This document shows, piece after piece, positions 41,876-53,400 of a DNA stretch of 64,000 nucleotides. The stretch is from Phormidesmis sp. (GTDB taxonomy: Bacteria; Cyanobacteriota; Cyanobacteriia; Leptolyngbyales; Leptolyngbyaceae): contig CBDFJR010000002.1 in NCBI GenBank assembly GCA_965248535.1, positions 1,568,001 to 1,632,000 of the forward strand, read 5' to 3'. Made by a program: the position numbers and the translations under genes. The stretch's first letter is position 1. Each line of letters begins with the position of its first letter. A model generated the notes under the pieces. It had not been told where the DNA came from, did no database searches, and worked only from the letters and a program-made list of their open reading frames with translations.

Positions 41876-42841
41876 ATGCGAATTCTTGTTACTGGTGGTG
41901 CTGGCTTTATCGGTTCCCATCTGATTGATCGACTCATGACTCAAGGGCATGAGGTGGTTTGCTTAGATAACTTTTACACGGGGCACAAGCGAAACCTGCT
42001 GCAATGGCTCGATAGCCCCTATTTTGAGTTAATTCGCCACGATATTACTGAACCGATTCGATTAGAAGTCGATCAAATTTATCACTTGGCTTGCCCTGCG
42101 TCTCCAGTTCACTATCAGTTTAATCCGGTCAAAACGATTAAAACCAATGTGATCGGCACCTTAAATATGTTGGGCTTGGCAAAGCGAGTCAATGCCCGAT
42201 TTTTGCTGGCCTCGACCTCAGAAGTCTATGGTGATCCCGAAGTGCATCCGCAGTCAGAAGAGTATCGCGGTAGCGTCAACCCGATCGGGATTCGTAGCTG
42301 CTATGACGAAGGCAAGCGAGTCGCCGAGACTCTGGCCTTTGACTATCACCGCCAAAACGAAGTAGACATCCGAGTCGCCAGAATCTTTAACACCTATGGG
42401 CCTCGAATGCTAGAAAACGACGGTCGCGTCGTCAGCAATCTTATCGTTCAGGCGCTTCGCAACAAGCCTTTGACGGTCTATGGAGACGGGTCGCAAACCC
42501 GCAGTTTCTGCTACGCCTCTGACCTAGTAGAAGGACTAATGCGCTTGATGAATGGCGACTTCATTGGCCCTGTGAACTTGGGCAACCCTGATGAATACAC
42601 CATTCTGCAACTCGCTCAAACCATTCAGAAGATGGTCAACCCCTCAACAGACGTGAGATTTGAGCCACTTCCCCAAGATGATCCCCGTCGTCGCAAGCCC
42701 GATATCACCCGCGCTAAGACTCATCTCGGTTGGCAACCTACTATCCCGCTCCAAGAGGGTTTAGAGCGCACGATCGCAGATTTTCAAAGTCGCATCGGTT
42801 CTCAGCTTCCGATCGAGCCTGAGTCTGTCGCCGCTCACTAA
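41876..42841 (+). CDS. UDP-glucuronate decarboxylase (UDP-xylose synthase)
   Basis: [47 protein letters not shown]. Confidence 0.9.
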   Translation: MRILVTGGAGFIGSHLIDRLMTQGHEVVCLDNFYTGHKRNLLQWLDSPYFELIRHDITEPIRLEVDQIYHLACPASPVHYQFNPVKTIKTNVIGTLNMLGLAKRVNARFLLASTSEVYGDPEVHPQSEEYRGSVNPIGIRSCYDEGKRVAETLAFDYHRQNEVDIRVARIFNTYGPRMLENDGRVVSNLIVQALRNKPLTVYGDGSQTRSFCYASDLVEGLMRLMNGDFIGPVNLGNPDEYTILQLAQTIQKMVNPSTDVRFEPLPQDDPRRRKPDITRAKTHLGWQPTIPLQEGLERTIADFQSRIGSQLPIEPESVAAH

Positions 42842-42947
42842 TCTTGGGTTCCCTCAGTTGCCTTGCCTGCTGCTGAGGGAACGTTAAGGGGCAAGTTTGT
42901 CAAAGATAGTGTTCGCTTGTTCTGTTCCCCATATCTGAGGAGATTCT

Positions 42948-44357
42948 ATGCGCGTTTGTGTCATTGGTACGGGATACGTTGGTTTAGTCACTGGGGCTTG
43001 TTTAGCTCATATTGGACACCAGGTGATCTGTGTAGACAACAATGAAGCTAAGGTAAAGCTGATGCAGTCTGGACAATCTCCGATTTTTGAACCAGGACTG
43101 TCGGAGATTATGCAAGGGGCCATTCAAGCCCAGCGATTGGAGTTTACAACCGATCTGGCAGCAGGGGTCGAGCATGGACAAATTCTCTTCATTGCCGTCG
43201 GCACGCCTGCTTTGCCGACCGGAGAAAGCGATACCCGCTATGTTGAAGCAGTTGCCCGTGGCATCGGCTCTCACTTAAACGGGGGCTATAAAGTGATCGT
43301 CAACAAATCGACGGTGCCGATCGGGTCGGGTGACTGGGTGAGAATGCTCGTCCTCGATGGCATTGCCGAGCGTCGAGGAGTCACGGCTGAACCTGTGTTA
43401 GCAGGGATGGGGGTTCAAGAAACCTCGCTGCCTTTATCGGTGAGTGAAGACTACGACTTTGATGTTGTCAGCAACCCAGAATTTTTGCGCGAAGGGTCGG
43501 CGGTGCTTGACACCTTTAACCCCGATCGCATTGTGTTAGGCGGCAATAGCTCGCGTGCCACCACGCTGATGCAAGAACTCTATACCCCCATCATTGAGCG
43601 GCAATTTGCTGAAGATAAAACTCAGCCGCCTGTGCCTGTTGTGGCCACAGACTTGAGTTCGGCAGAGATGATTAAGTATGCCGCCAACGCCTTTCTCGCC
43701 ACTAAGATCAGTTTTATTAATGAAGTGGCCAACATCTGCGATCGCGTCGGTGCAGACGTGACTCAGGTTGCCAAAGGCATCGGCTTAGACTCTCGCATTG
43801 GCAGCAAATTTCTGCAAGCGGGTCTGGGCTGGGGCGGGTCTTGCTTCCCTAAAGATGTGTCGGCTCTGATTCACACGGCTGATGACTATGGGTTTGAGGC
43901 GCAGCTTCTCAAAGCAGCGGTGAGCGTTAACCAGCGTCAAAAGCTGATTGTGGTTGAAAAGCTTCAGCAGGTTCTCAAAATCTTAAAGGGCAAAACAGTG
44001 GGTCTGCTGGGCCTGACCTTTAAGCCTGACACTGACGATTTGCGAGACGCGCCCGCTCTGTCTCTGATTGAGAATTTGACTCGTCTAGGTGCCAAGGTAA
44101 AAGCCTACGACCCGATCATCTCCCAGACCGGAATGCGGCATGGTCTGTCGGATGTGATTGTCGAAACCGATGCCGAGCGCCTAGCTGATAGCTGTGATGC
44201 GCTGGTGTTGGTGACCGAGTGGCAGCAGTTTCAGAATCTAGACTTCATCAAGATGGCCCAGCTAATGCACGCCCCGATTTTGATCGATGGTCGTAACTTC
44301 TTAAATCAAGCTGTGGTTGAAGAAGCTGGATTCCGGTATGTAGGCATTGGTCGTTAA
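42948..44357 (+). CDS. ugd: UDP-glucose 6-dehydrogenase
   Basis: GTGYVG, KSTVP, SNPEFLREG, GWGGSCFPKD, FKPDTDD. Confidence 0.95.
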   Translation: MRVCVIGTGYVGLVTGACLAHIGHQVICVDNNEAKVKLMQSGQSPIFEPGLSEIMQGAIQAQRLEFTTDLAAGVEHGQILFIAVGTPALPTGESDTRYVEAVARGIGSHLNGGYKVIVNKSTVPIGSGDWVRMLVLDGIAERRGVTAEPVLAGMGVQETSLPLSVSEDYDFDVVSNPEFLREGSAVLDTFNPDRIVLGGNSSRATTLMQELYTPIIERQFAEDKTQPPVPVVATDLSSAEMIKYAANAFLATKISFINEVANICDRVGADVTQVAKGIGLDSRIGSKFLQAGLGWGGSCFPKDVSALIHTADDYGFEAQLLKAAVSVNQRQKLIVVEKLQQVLKILKGKTVGLLGLTFKPDTDDLRDAPALSLIENLTRLGAKVKAYDPIISQTGMRHGLSDVIVETDAERLADSCDALVLVTEWQQFQNLDFIKMAQLMHAPILIDGRNFLNQAVVEEAGFRYVGIGR

Positions 44358-44380
44358 AGATTGTGGATTCAATCCGATCG

Positions 44381-44414
44381 CCTGGGGAACTCATGAAGGT
44401 TTCCCAGGTTTTTT
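44381..44414 (+). terminator. Intrinsic terminator after ugd
   Basis: cctggggaac/gtttcccagg stem followed by T6. Confidence 0.7.
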
Positions 44415-44436
44415 GGCGCATGGGCATGAAGCAGAG

Positions 44437-45159
44437 CTAGTTTGGCTTCGCAAAAATCATCAAATGCTGTTGCGGCAGACTATTTTGGGTTTCAAGATAG
44501 GTCAGTCCGGCGGCTGCCATTTCTGATTGCACTTGCTTTTGGGTCATTTTGTGAAGTCCCTTAATCAAAATGAAAGGATTTTCACCTCGATATTCGACTA
44601 AGACAACTCTGCCGCCGGGTTTTAAGGCTTTAACGATCGAGGTCATCACTTCTTTCGGATATTCAAACTCATGGTACGCATCGACCATCAGCGCTGTGTC
44701 AACACTCTCAGCCGCTAGATTTACATCGGTGGCACTGCTCAAAACGGGCTGCACATTCGAGAGGTGCTTTTGAGCTTTGAGCGTCTCTAAAATCTGAATC
44801 ATTTCTGGCTGAAGATCAACTGCTAGCACCTTGCCTTGGGGCACACGAGGAGCGATCCGAAAACTGAAGTAGCCTGTGCCAGCGCCGATGTCAGCCACGA
44901 CATCCGTTGATTTGAGATTTAGCCCGGCGATCACTTTTTGCGGTTGCTCTTCGCCATTGCGGCGATCGCGCTCTAGCCAGCCTGCCCCTTCATACCCCAT
45001 CACCTGGGCAATTTCTCGCCCCTTATAGACCTTGCCGATGCCATCTGGGTTGTGGGGCGATCGGGTCTCATAAACCAATCCATCTGCGATCGCAACCGGG
45101 AGACATCCCAGCCCCATTAAAATCAAGATTATTGCCCGCAAGAGAGTTTTCTTTAACAC
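44437..45159 (-). CDS. Class I SAM-dependent methyltransferase with an N-terminal signal-peptide-like segment
   Basis: VADIGAGTG and LKPGG motifs; GTG 45159 start avoids overlap with the upstream gene. Confidence 0.85.
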   Translation of the reverse strand: MLKKTLLRAIILILMGLGCLPVAIADGLVYETRSPHNPDGIGKVYKGREIAQVMGYEGAGWLERDRRNGEEQPQKVIAGLNLKSTDVVADIGAGTGYFSFRIAPRVPQGKVLAVDLQPEMIQILETLKAQKHLSNVQPVLSSATDVNLAAESVDTALMVDAYHEFEYPKEVMTSIVKALKPGGRVVLVEYRGENPFILIKGLHKMTQKQVQSEMAAAGLTYLETQNSLPQQHLMIFAKPN

Positions 45160-45163
45160 GACT

Positions 45164-47299
45164 TCACACGACTTGATAACTAAACCGAAACGTTGCCCAC
45201 GCATTCACATTCAGCGCATAGGCATCGCCAATCACCGCGCTAGGAGTGATTTGGCTAGCCTGATGGAGGTCTTGCAGTATCGCTTGAGCCACCTCTAGAG
45301 AGTTGGGTAACGGGTGAATCGTCCCCGATTCTGAGTTCTGTTTGAAGGTATCTGCTAAGAGGGTCTGGGTTTGACTAAGAGGAGCGCGGCTGCAAATTAA
45401 GTGAGTCTCAGTTAGCCCGATCGGACTCTGCACCACCCATTCCACCGTCTGTGAACCACCCGGCATCACCGCGGAGCCTGCGGACTGGAGCGCAAACGCA
45501 CTGCCGCCACCGTCTAACCCCATCAGCACCGCATAAATTGGCTGCTGACCAAGATTTTGAATGTGATAGTGAAGGCGACTTGCGATCGTGACCTTACGCC
45601 TCTTTTCATCTAAATCAGGGGCAATGTTTGAATCCGATTGATCCAAGGCCCGATCGGTGCTCTTATCGATCAGAATTTGTGATTGCGGAGCCGCAGTGTT
45701 AAGCGTTGCGCGGATGGCTAACCGCGACGAACGATCGTTGACCGTTAGACTCAACAGTTTGGTGGCAAGCAGGGTTTGCAGTTGCGGAGCCAGCCGCTTA
45801 ACGGCCACTTTGACCGCTTCTCCGGCATCGCCTGCGGTGCTAGCAATAATCTCTCTTCCTTGAGAAAATAAACTATAGCTCGACGGTGTGACTAGCCCCA
45901 CGATCGAAGCTGACGGCAGTGTGGCGACTTGTGTAGTAGCTGCCATCTTGCCAAACAGAACATCAGCAGGCTGCTCTCCGGCGGGGGCAGATGACAAATG
46001 AGGAAGGGCCGAAAAAGCGCTGACGGCATCCACTCGCTCAATGCGCTCTAGGTCGCTATCTAAGGCAACACTCAGCCCAAGATTGCGCGGAATGATGCGC
46101 GTTGCTTCTTGCACCCATTGCCCGATCGCGAGGGTTTCATCCGGCGAACTTGGCAGCAGACGAGCCTTTGCGATTAAGCCATCACGAGCGTAGATCTGTA
46201 GCTGCGTAGACGGGTCTGCGTTGACCACCGACAGCAGCGACTCTACGCCATATTGCTCTAGCACTTGAGGAGACAGCCCCGCCAGCCAAATCTGTCCTAC
46301 CTTGCCATTGTCTTCGACTCGAATCACCACTCCGTCGGCTGAGACGGGTGACCCAGACAACTGATAGGGCGTTAGTGGGCGATCGTGACTTTTTTGCCCT
46401 TCTAAGCTGGGCTGCTGTTGATTGGTAGATTGCCCAATCACTTCAGCGGCTCGGCTGAGAACCACTCTTAGCGTGGTGGCAGGCGTTGATTGCCAAAGCT
46501 GTTGGGTGAGCGCGTAAGTCAATAAACCTGCGCTAAAGCCATTCCAGCGCGCTTCGGCTGCAAATTGGTTAGAGTTAGCCGCCGCCAAGATCACACCCGG
46601 ACTTTGTTTTGCTTGTCGCTGTCCTCTCAGTTGTGGTCGATCGAGATTTGACGTTTTGAGGCGCTGCTCTTGAAAAGCGATTTCTGCATCCTGCACTTGG
46701 GTGGCAGAGAGCATCGGCAGCGATCGTAGCCGCAGGTTGCCCTGAAGCGTAGCTCCGACATCGGCATAGCCTGCATCCAGAATCGTCGTCACTTGGTCAG
46801 TCGGCAAAGACTTCAGCAGCAAAAGCAGCGTATCTTCGGAAAGCCTGTTGCCGATCGGGTCTGCGTCAGCAGTCGGCTCGTCGATCGTCACTAAGCTCGT
46901 TTGAACGTCTTCTGCAATGCCCAAGTTTAGTAAACTGCCGTGCCCACTGAAATGGAACACGATCACATCACCCGCTTGAGATGGCTTGGCTAAATGCTCG
47001 ATAAAAGCGGTTTCAATCTGCGATCTCGTTGCCTGCTGATCAGTGAGCGTCATAATATCAGAGGGCTGAAACCCAAATCGATAAATCAATAGCTCTCGCT
47101 GCAAATCGACATCGGTCAGACAACCTTGGAGTGCCGCACTGCGATATTGATTGATGCCAATCAGCAGCGCTAGTTTGCGACGGGTTGGCTGGGCTAAGAC
47201 TTGACGAGCGCGATCGACCGTCAGAGCGAGTCCGGTTTGACTTGCGCCCCACGCTGCTAGTAATGAGCTTGTCTGCTGCAAAAACGATCGCCGCTTCAT
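45164..47299 (-). CDS. Caspase-family (C14) protein with Tat signal and catalytic Cys replaced by Gly
   Basis: MKRRSFLQ; ALLIGINQY, LQGCLTDV, FHFSGHG, ILDAGY, GLLTYAL. Confidence 0.85.
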   Translation of the reverse strand: MKRRSFLQQTSSLLAAWGASQTGLALTVDRARQVLAQPTRRKLALLIGINQYRSAALQGCLTDVDLQRELLIYRFGFQPSDIMTLTDQQATRSQIETAFIEHLAKPSQAGDVIVFHFSGHGSLLNLGIAEDVQTSLVTIDEPTADADPIGNRLSEDTLLLLLKSLPTDQVTTILDAGYADVGATLQGNLRLRSLPMLSATQVQDAEIAFQEQRLKTSNLDRPQLRGQRQAKQSPGVILAAANSNQFAAEARWNGFSAGLLTYALTQQLWQSTPATTLRVVLSRAAEVIGQSTNQQQPSLEGQKSHDRPLTPYQLSGSPVSADGVVIRVEDNGKVGQIWLAGLSPQVLEQYGVESLLSVVNADPSTQLQIYARDGLIAKARLLPSSPDETLAIGQWVQEATRIIPRNLGLSVALDSDLERIERVDAVSAFSALPHLSSAPAGEQPADVLFGKMAATTQVATLPSASIVGLVTPSSYSLFSQGREIIASTAGDAGEAVKVAVKRLAPQLQTLLATKLLSLTVNDRSSRLAIRATLNTAAPQSQILIDKSTDRALDQSDSNIAPDLDEKRRKVTIASRLHYHIQNLGQQPIYAVLMGLDGGGSAFALQSAGSAVMPGGSQTVEWVVQSPIGLTETHLICSRAPLSQTQTLLADTFKQNSESGTIHPLPNSLEVAQAILQDLHQASQITPSAVIGDAYALNVNAWATFRFSYQVV

Positions 47300-47689
47300 T
47301 TCTTGCCGTCTACCCCTAGCCCCTAGCTATTAGCCTAGCAAGAAAGGGGAAGGTGCGCGTTTCTAAAAAGAGCTTTCCCCCAGACGGATACCAGATTTCT
47401 AATGAGGATTAAGGGGGAAAGGCGAGTTCGTTGCGATCGTGCTCATTCTCAGGCGTTGCTAAATCAAGCAATGAACCGCTCACTAAACCCTTTAATTTCA
47501 CAAAGCCATAGTCCCATTCAGGCAGCGCTACTAACTGGAGTATCACCGTTGCTGATCAATTCAAGCAAGCTAACAACTCCAGTCAACAGCTTAATAGCTG
47601 GACTAAACTAAGCCTATGGTGCTTGAGAATTGCCTCAAACCTTTGTGCAGATACAGTCTATTACGGTCTCTAGCAAAGTCGGAAGCTAG

Positions 47690-48553
47690 TTAATCTGCTT
47701 GAGAGATAGAAGTTGCAGTATGCTTAAAACTTATAGCTATATTGCTAAGGGTATCAAAAGAGAAAAACTTCAAAAGATTTCTTAGCTTTCCTTTTGTTGA
47801 GTAAATACCCAACTTATTCTTCAGTCCTTCTGAGAAGCTCTGATTAAGAAAAGGTCGCAAGGGATCTAGCTCCCATGGATGTATATAAAAAATCACAGGC
47901 TTACTAGCTCTTTCTAGACAAAGAAAGTTCCAATAAGTTAGTTGAAATGGGTAAACCCGAAAAAATCCTCCTCCTGAGGTTGGAAGTGAGAAGCCAAGTA
48001 CTCTACTAATAGATGCAGGTATCTCTGTAATGGGGCCTGACTCTGTAACGATGTCGTGAATGCTTTGTGTAAAATTCGGTATGCCGTACGGCCCCTTTTT
48101 TAAGGGAAAAATACTAGAGTCATACTGAATTCCTAATTCAACAAGAATTTGCAGTGCCCACAATGATTCATGCGTAATTGAGAAATAGGGTGCTCTATAA
48201 ACATCAACCACTTTTCCTGTTAAATCTGAAAGTAAGGACAAGGCGCGATGAGTTTCATTCTTAAAGTGGGTTTGGCTCATGTTGCAGACTGGCTGATGAT
48301 TCCAGCCATGACATCCTATCTCATGACCCAGTGAAGCAACTTTCTTTAGAAGCTTTGGGTTTTCCTCCGCAGCTTTACCTAGCCACAAAAAGGTTGCACA
48401 GACGTTGTGCTCTGAGAGTATATCAAGCAGCAAACTTAAACCATAATCTAATCTTTTTGATTCTTGAACATCTTCATACACATAGCTTGCACCGTGATAC
48501 CAGTCCTCAACGTCTATAGTAAAAGCATGGGAAATTCTAGATTTAGTATTCAT
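47690..48553 (-). CDS. Polysaccharide deacetylase (CE4, DUF3473-type)
   Basis: TIDVEDWY, HEIGCHGWNH, YRAPYFS, YDSS, YIHPWE. Confidence 0.9.
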   Translation of the reverse strand: MNTKSRISHAFTIDVEDWYHGASYVYEDVQESKRLDYGLSLLLDILSEHNVCATFLWLGKAAEENPKLLKKVASLGHEIGCHGWNHQPVCNMSQTHFKNETHRALSLLSDLTGKVVDVYRAPYFSITHESLWALQILVELGIQYDSSIFPLKKGPYGIPNFTQSIHDIVTESGPITEIPASISRVLGFSLPTSGGGFFRVYPFQLTYWNFLCLERASKPVIFYIHPWELDPLRPFLNQSFSEGLKNKLGIYSTKGKLRNLLKFFSFDTLSNIAISFKHTATSISQAD

Positions 48554-48607
48554 TGATTAGACAAGTATGTTGTACATAGAAATTCAAGCTCTAACAAGAC
48601 TTAGGGT

Positions 48608-49465
48608 TTATCTCCGTGTCTTAAATTTGATATTTATTTTTGAAAACAAATGTCTGATCGACTTAAAAGTAACGCGAACTAATAATATAAATATGAATTT
48701 TGGGCTGTAGTAGAAGTTTCTGAAAAACAGTCTTCTAGGTTCTAAAATAAGCCTGAAAAGCCACTCGAAGCCTAGATTCTGCACAAGCTTGTTTGGTCGT
48801 GATTTAGAATCTGCAATGACTTCAAATGCCCCTCCCACTCCCATCATGACAGATCTAACTTTTTCTTTCTTGCCATGCATCCAGTATTCTTGTTTTGGAC
48901 ACCCCAGGCTAACAAATAGAATACGAGTGCCTGAATCGTTGATTGCAGAAACTACTTCTGTGTCTTCTTGCATTGTTAAAGGCCTGTAGGGCGGAGAATA
49001 TACATACGCTATTATTATTTCAGGATATTCTCTTTTTATTTTAGAGATTAAACTATCTAGAACTTCTCTTCTATTTCCATAAAAGCCTATTGGAATGGAT
49101 ATCTCAGAAGCAAGTTTAATGGTTTTTTCCATGACATCGCGACCGCAAAATTGCATGATGGCACTATCTTGTAAAGCTGAATATCCAAGAAAATAGTAGA
49201 ATCTATGCTTTAAATATATCAACCAGAAAACTGGCCTTCCATCTAATGTGACTAAATCTGCTGAAGTGAGTACATCTCTGAAATTTATTGATTCTTGAGA
49301 AATTACAAGCATATGCACATTGGCACAGCAAACATACTTTGATTCTGACTTTTTTGCCCAATCAAATACTATTTTGCAATCTAAATCATAGTTATAAGAA
49401 ATAATAGTTTTCACTCCTAAAACACTATCTTTTTTTGCTGAGACATTTAATCCAAGAGGTTCCAT
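48608..49465 (-). CDS. WecB/TagA/CpsF-family glycosyltransferase
   Basis: NVH, DGRP, VSLGCPKQE, GVGGAF, EWLFRLILEPRRL. Confidence 0.92.
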   Translation of the reverse strand: MEPLGLNVSAKKDSVLGVKTIISYNYDLDCKIVFDWAKKSESKYVCCANVHMLVISQESINFRDVLTSADLVTLDGRPVFWLIYLKHRFYYFLGYSALQDSAIMQFCGRDVMEKTIKLASEISIPIGFYGNRREVLDSLISKIKREYPEIIIAYVYSPPYRPLTMQEDTEVVSAINDSGTRILFVSLGCPKQEYWMHGKKEKVRSVMMGVGGAFEVIADSKSRPNKLVQNLGFEWLFRLILEPRRLFFRNFYYSPKFIFILLVRVTFKSIRHLFSKINIKFKTRR

Positions 49466-49728
49466 AAATTTAATCTCTGAATAAAGTTCTGATTCAATAT
49501 CTGAGCGGCAACGTTGCTATCTAGGCAACATAGGTAGCGTTTATTTGTATTGGACATAGACAATCTTTGCGTCTCAGCTATGTTGATAAATTTTGATATG
49601 TCGCCGCTCTTAGCTAATATGTACTACTAACGTAAAATCGATAAGACTAGTTTTGCTAGGCAGAAGAATAGAGAAAGCTGCTAGGCGACACAGTACGACT
49701 GCCACCACAAGCTTTTTGGGCTATTCAC

Positions 49729-49744
49729 TGTGATAATCTTTACA
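49729..49744. promoter_or_regulatory. CRP/NtcA-family-like binding site
   Basis: TGTGA-N6-TTACA (one mismatch to TGTGA-N6-TCACA; also reads GTG-N8-TAC). Confidence 0.3.
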
Positions 49745-50416
49745 ATCACACGAAAAATTATTTAATTTGAACCGAGCTTGCCGTTATTTTCTTTCTTTGA
49801 GCGATTGAAATCAAGGGGCTTTACGGATACTTCATACGAAAAGCCGAGCAGCTATTGAAGTTGCCTCTTTCTCTAGAAAATGTCTCTGTGCTGACCCGTA
49901 CTCGACCCATACTCGAAACGAAACTAGCTAGCCATTAGCTGCACTGAAACTCATGGATAAAAGAATATTTTAAAAGTATAAGATCTTACATTCCTGTGAT
50001 TCCATTTGCGCTGAAACGAAGGTTAAGTGAGTAACTCAAACCCGCTTCAATGAGTCAGAAGGAATATTCATTAAGGGTTCTAGCCTAGCTCACTGAACTT
50101 TAGTGGTTCGTTTAGATAAATCCTTTGTCAAGCGTTTTAAGCTCTAAACAATACTAATTTTGTAGTCTGTGATATGGTTGCAAGCACAAATCCAGAGGAG
50201 CTAGAAGTTCTAGGATGTCTTTAACTCAAGAATACTGGGATCTAAACCTATAGATCTCTATTGAAACGATAGATAGATTTCAACAATTCAGTTCTTTTAG
50301 AGTTGAGATCGACGCTTATTGCTGCCTTGTCAAAACATCCATCAACTTCATCGAATTGAGCACCAGAAAAGGCAGACTCCAATGAGCTAGACATGCGTTT
50401 TAGGGTGGCTTAGATC

Positions 50417-50459
50417 AAAAAAGCCGTCAGCCTGAGCTATCGCTCGATCGCTGACGGCT
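50417..50459 (-). terminator. Intrinsic terminator of glsF
   Basis: agccgtcagc/gctgacggct stem preceded by an A-tract (U-tract on the minus strand). Confidence 0.65.
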
Positions 50460-50476
50460 ACTAAGTTTTGAAAGAT

Positions 50477-53400
50477 TTATTTCACTGAGCTTAACTCCTT
50501 CACTTCAGCATCAGGATTTGCTTCGGGCGTGTCTTTCTCAGATGGGGGCACCACTTGCCAAAACTTGGGCAGATAGTCTGACCAGTTGGCCAAAATCGCC
50601 TTGGCTTTGGGGCTATTGGTGCGATCGGCGTGAGCTTCAATCAGTTCTTTTAACTGTTGCTCACCCGCAGGCGCAGTCACCCGCTGGACTTTGACAATTT
50701 CGGGGTTGACCTTAGATTGAAAACTGCCGTCTCCATCCAAGAAGTAGGCTAAACCGCCCGTCATGCCTGCGCCGACGTTGCGACCCGTGCGACCCAGAAC
50801 GACGATCGTGCCCCCGGTCATATATTCGCAGCAGTGATCCCCAACCCCCTCAACCACGGCTTGCGCTTGAGAATTGCGGACGGCAAACCGTTCGCCTGCT
50901 TGCCCGTTGGCAAATAAGCTGCCGCCCGTCGCGCCATAGAGACAGGTGTTGCCAATAATCACACTCAGAGCGGGATCGTAAGTGATATCTGCCGTGGGCC
51001 GAATGGCAATTTCGCCACCGTGCATTCCTTTACCCACATAGTCATTGGCTTCACCCGTTAAATGAAGCGTCATGCCCGGCAGGTTAAACGCGCCAAAGCT
51101 TTGACCGACACTGCCGCCGAAATTTAGGGTGATGTGACCCCCAAAACCAGTGTTGCCATAGCGTTTAGCGATCGCCCCTGCCAGTCGAGCGCCCACGGTG
51201 CGATCGGTGTTGACCACTTTTAGAGTCTTGGCAGCATGAGTCTGGTTTTGAATCGCCGCCTGAAGGTCAGGGTCACTGAGCAGTTCATCGTCTAGCACCA
51301 CGCCATTACTGTGAACGGGTTCATGCTTCAGCCAGTCGCGATTTTCACGCGTGTCAGGGAGCCGAACCAAACAATCTAAGTTCAGACTTTTGGTTTTAGT
51401 GAGCTGCACCGACTCGCGCACTTTGAGCAAGTCTGAGCGGCCGATGATGTCATTGAGCGTGCGGTAGCCCAAACGAGCTAGCAGCGATCGCACTTCTTCG
51501 GCAATGAAGTAGAAAAAGTTGACGACGTGCTCTGGGGTGCCCGGAAAGCGTTTCCGCAGTTCTTCTTTTTGGCTGGCTACGCCCACAGGACAGTTGTTGG
51601 TGTGGCAAATGCGCGCCATAATGCAGCCTTCGGCAATCATCGCGATCGAGCCAAAGCCATATTCTTCGCCGCCCATCAGCGCCGCCATGATGATATCCCA
51701 CCCGGTTTTGATGCCACCATCGACCCGCAGCAAGACGCGATCGCGCAGTTGATTTTCCATCAGCACGCGGTGCACTTCGGTTAAGCCAAGTTCCCACGGG
51801 CTGCCTGCGTGTTTGATCGAGCTAAGAGGAGACGCGCCCGTGCCGCCATCGTGACCCGAAATCTGAATGATGTCAGCGTTGGCTTTGGCAACCCCGGCGG
51901 CGATCGTGCCAATGCCGACTTCGGCCACCAGTTTCACCGAGACTTGCGCGACTGGATTAATTTGGTGCAGGTCAAAAATTAGCTGAGACAGATCCTCGAT
52001 CGAGTAAATGTCATGGTGGGGCGGCGGCGAAATCAGCGTTACTCCGGGCTTAGAGCGGCGCAACATCGCAATATAAGGGCTAACTTTCGGGCCGGGCAAC
52101 TGTCCGCCTTCCCCTGGCTTGGCTCCTTGAGCAATTTTGATTTCGATCTGTTTGGCGCTCATCAGATATTCTGGGGTCACGCCAAACCGACCAGAAGCCA
52201 CTTGCTTGATCGCAGAACTGACGGTATCGCCATTTTGCAATCCCTTGAGATGAGGCAGCAGCGGAGAAAGTCCGGCTTCGTCTACATCTTTGAGAATGTT
52301 GAACCGCACCGGATCTTCGCCCCCCTCGCCAGAATTAGATTTGCCGCCAATGCGATTCATGGCGATCGCCAACACTTCATGGGCTTCTCGTGACAGCGCA
52401 CCCAGCGACATTCCCCCCGTGCAAAAGCGCTTGACAATTTCGGTCACAGGCTCAACGTCTGTCAACGGCACCGAAGGACGATCGCTCTTGAAGTCGAGCA
52501 AATCTCTCAGCGCCGTCAACGGACGATTTTGCAGGTATTTTTGATAAAGCTCATAGTGGTCAAAGCTCTTGGTGGCGACCGCTTTGTGCAGATGCTTCGC
52601 CATTTCTGGGCTGTTCATGTGATATTCGCCACCCGGACGATATTGCACAAACCCAAAGTTTTCTAGCTTTCTGCCTGCCAATTCAGGAAATGCGCGGCAG
52701 TGGAAAGACAGCACTTCTTGGGCCAGTTCAGTGACCGTTAGACCACCCAACCGCGAAGCCGTTCCATAGAAACCCAGGTTAAGCAAGTCAGCCCCGATGC
52801 CGATCGCTTCAAAAATCTGTGCGCCTTGATAGCTTGCCAGCAGCGAAATTCCCATTTTTGAGAGAATCTTCAGCAACCCGTCTTCGATCGCTTTACGGAA
52901 ATTTGCCTGCACCGCCGATAAGCTGGCTGATTTGATTTTGCCCCGCTCCATCAGGCTCTTAGTTCTAGAGTCGCCCCACCACTGACGCACTGTTTCTAAC
53001 GCCAAATAGGGACAAACGGCACTCGCTCCATAGCCGATCAAGCAGGCAAAATGATGGGTGCTCCAAGCTTGAGCGGTGTCAACCACTAAAGAAGCCTTCA
53101 TCCGCAATCCTTGACGGATTAAGTGATGGTGAACGGCTCCCACCGCCAGCAAGGGAGGAATGTAGCTGTGATCGGCGCTGAGATTGCTAAAGTTGCCTGC
53201 TGAGTCGAGCCGATCGCTCAAAATCAAAATCTTCTTCCCAGCCCGCACGGCTTCGGTTGCTTTTTGACAAAGCTCGTTAACAGCGCGTCTGAGACCTTCG
53301 GGGCCGGTGGCGATCGCAAACAGGGTAGATAGCTTCGTCGCCTCAAATCCAAACGTTTGAATCTGATCTAAATCGCCTTCATCTAGGATGGGAGATTCTA

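Noticed and set aside
49770..49870. c-di-GMP or other riboswitch
   Set aside because: Conserved riboswitch motifs could not be matched on either strand by eye.
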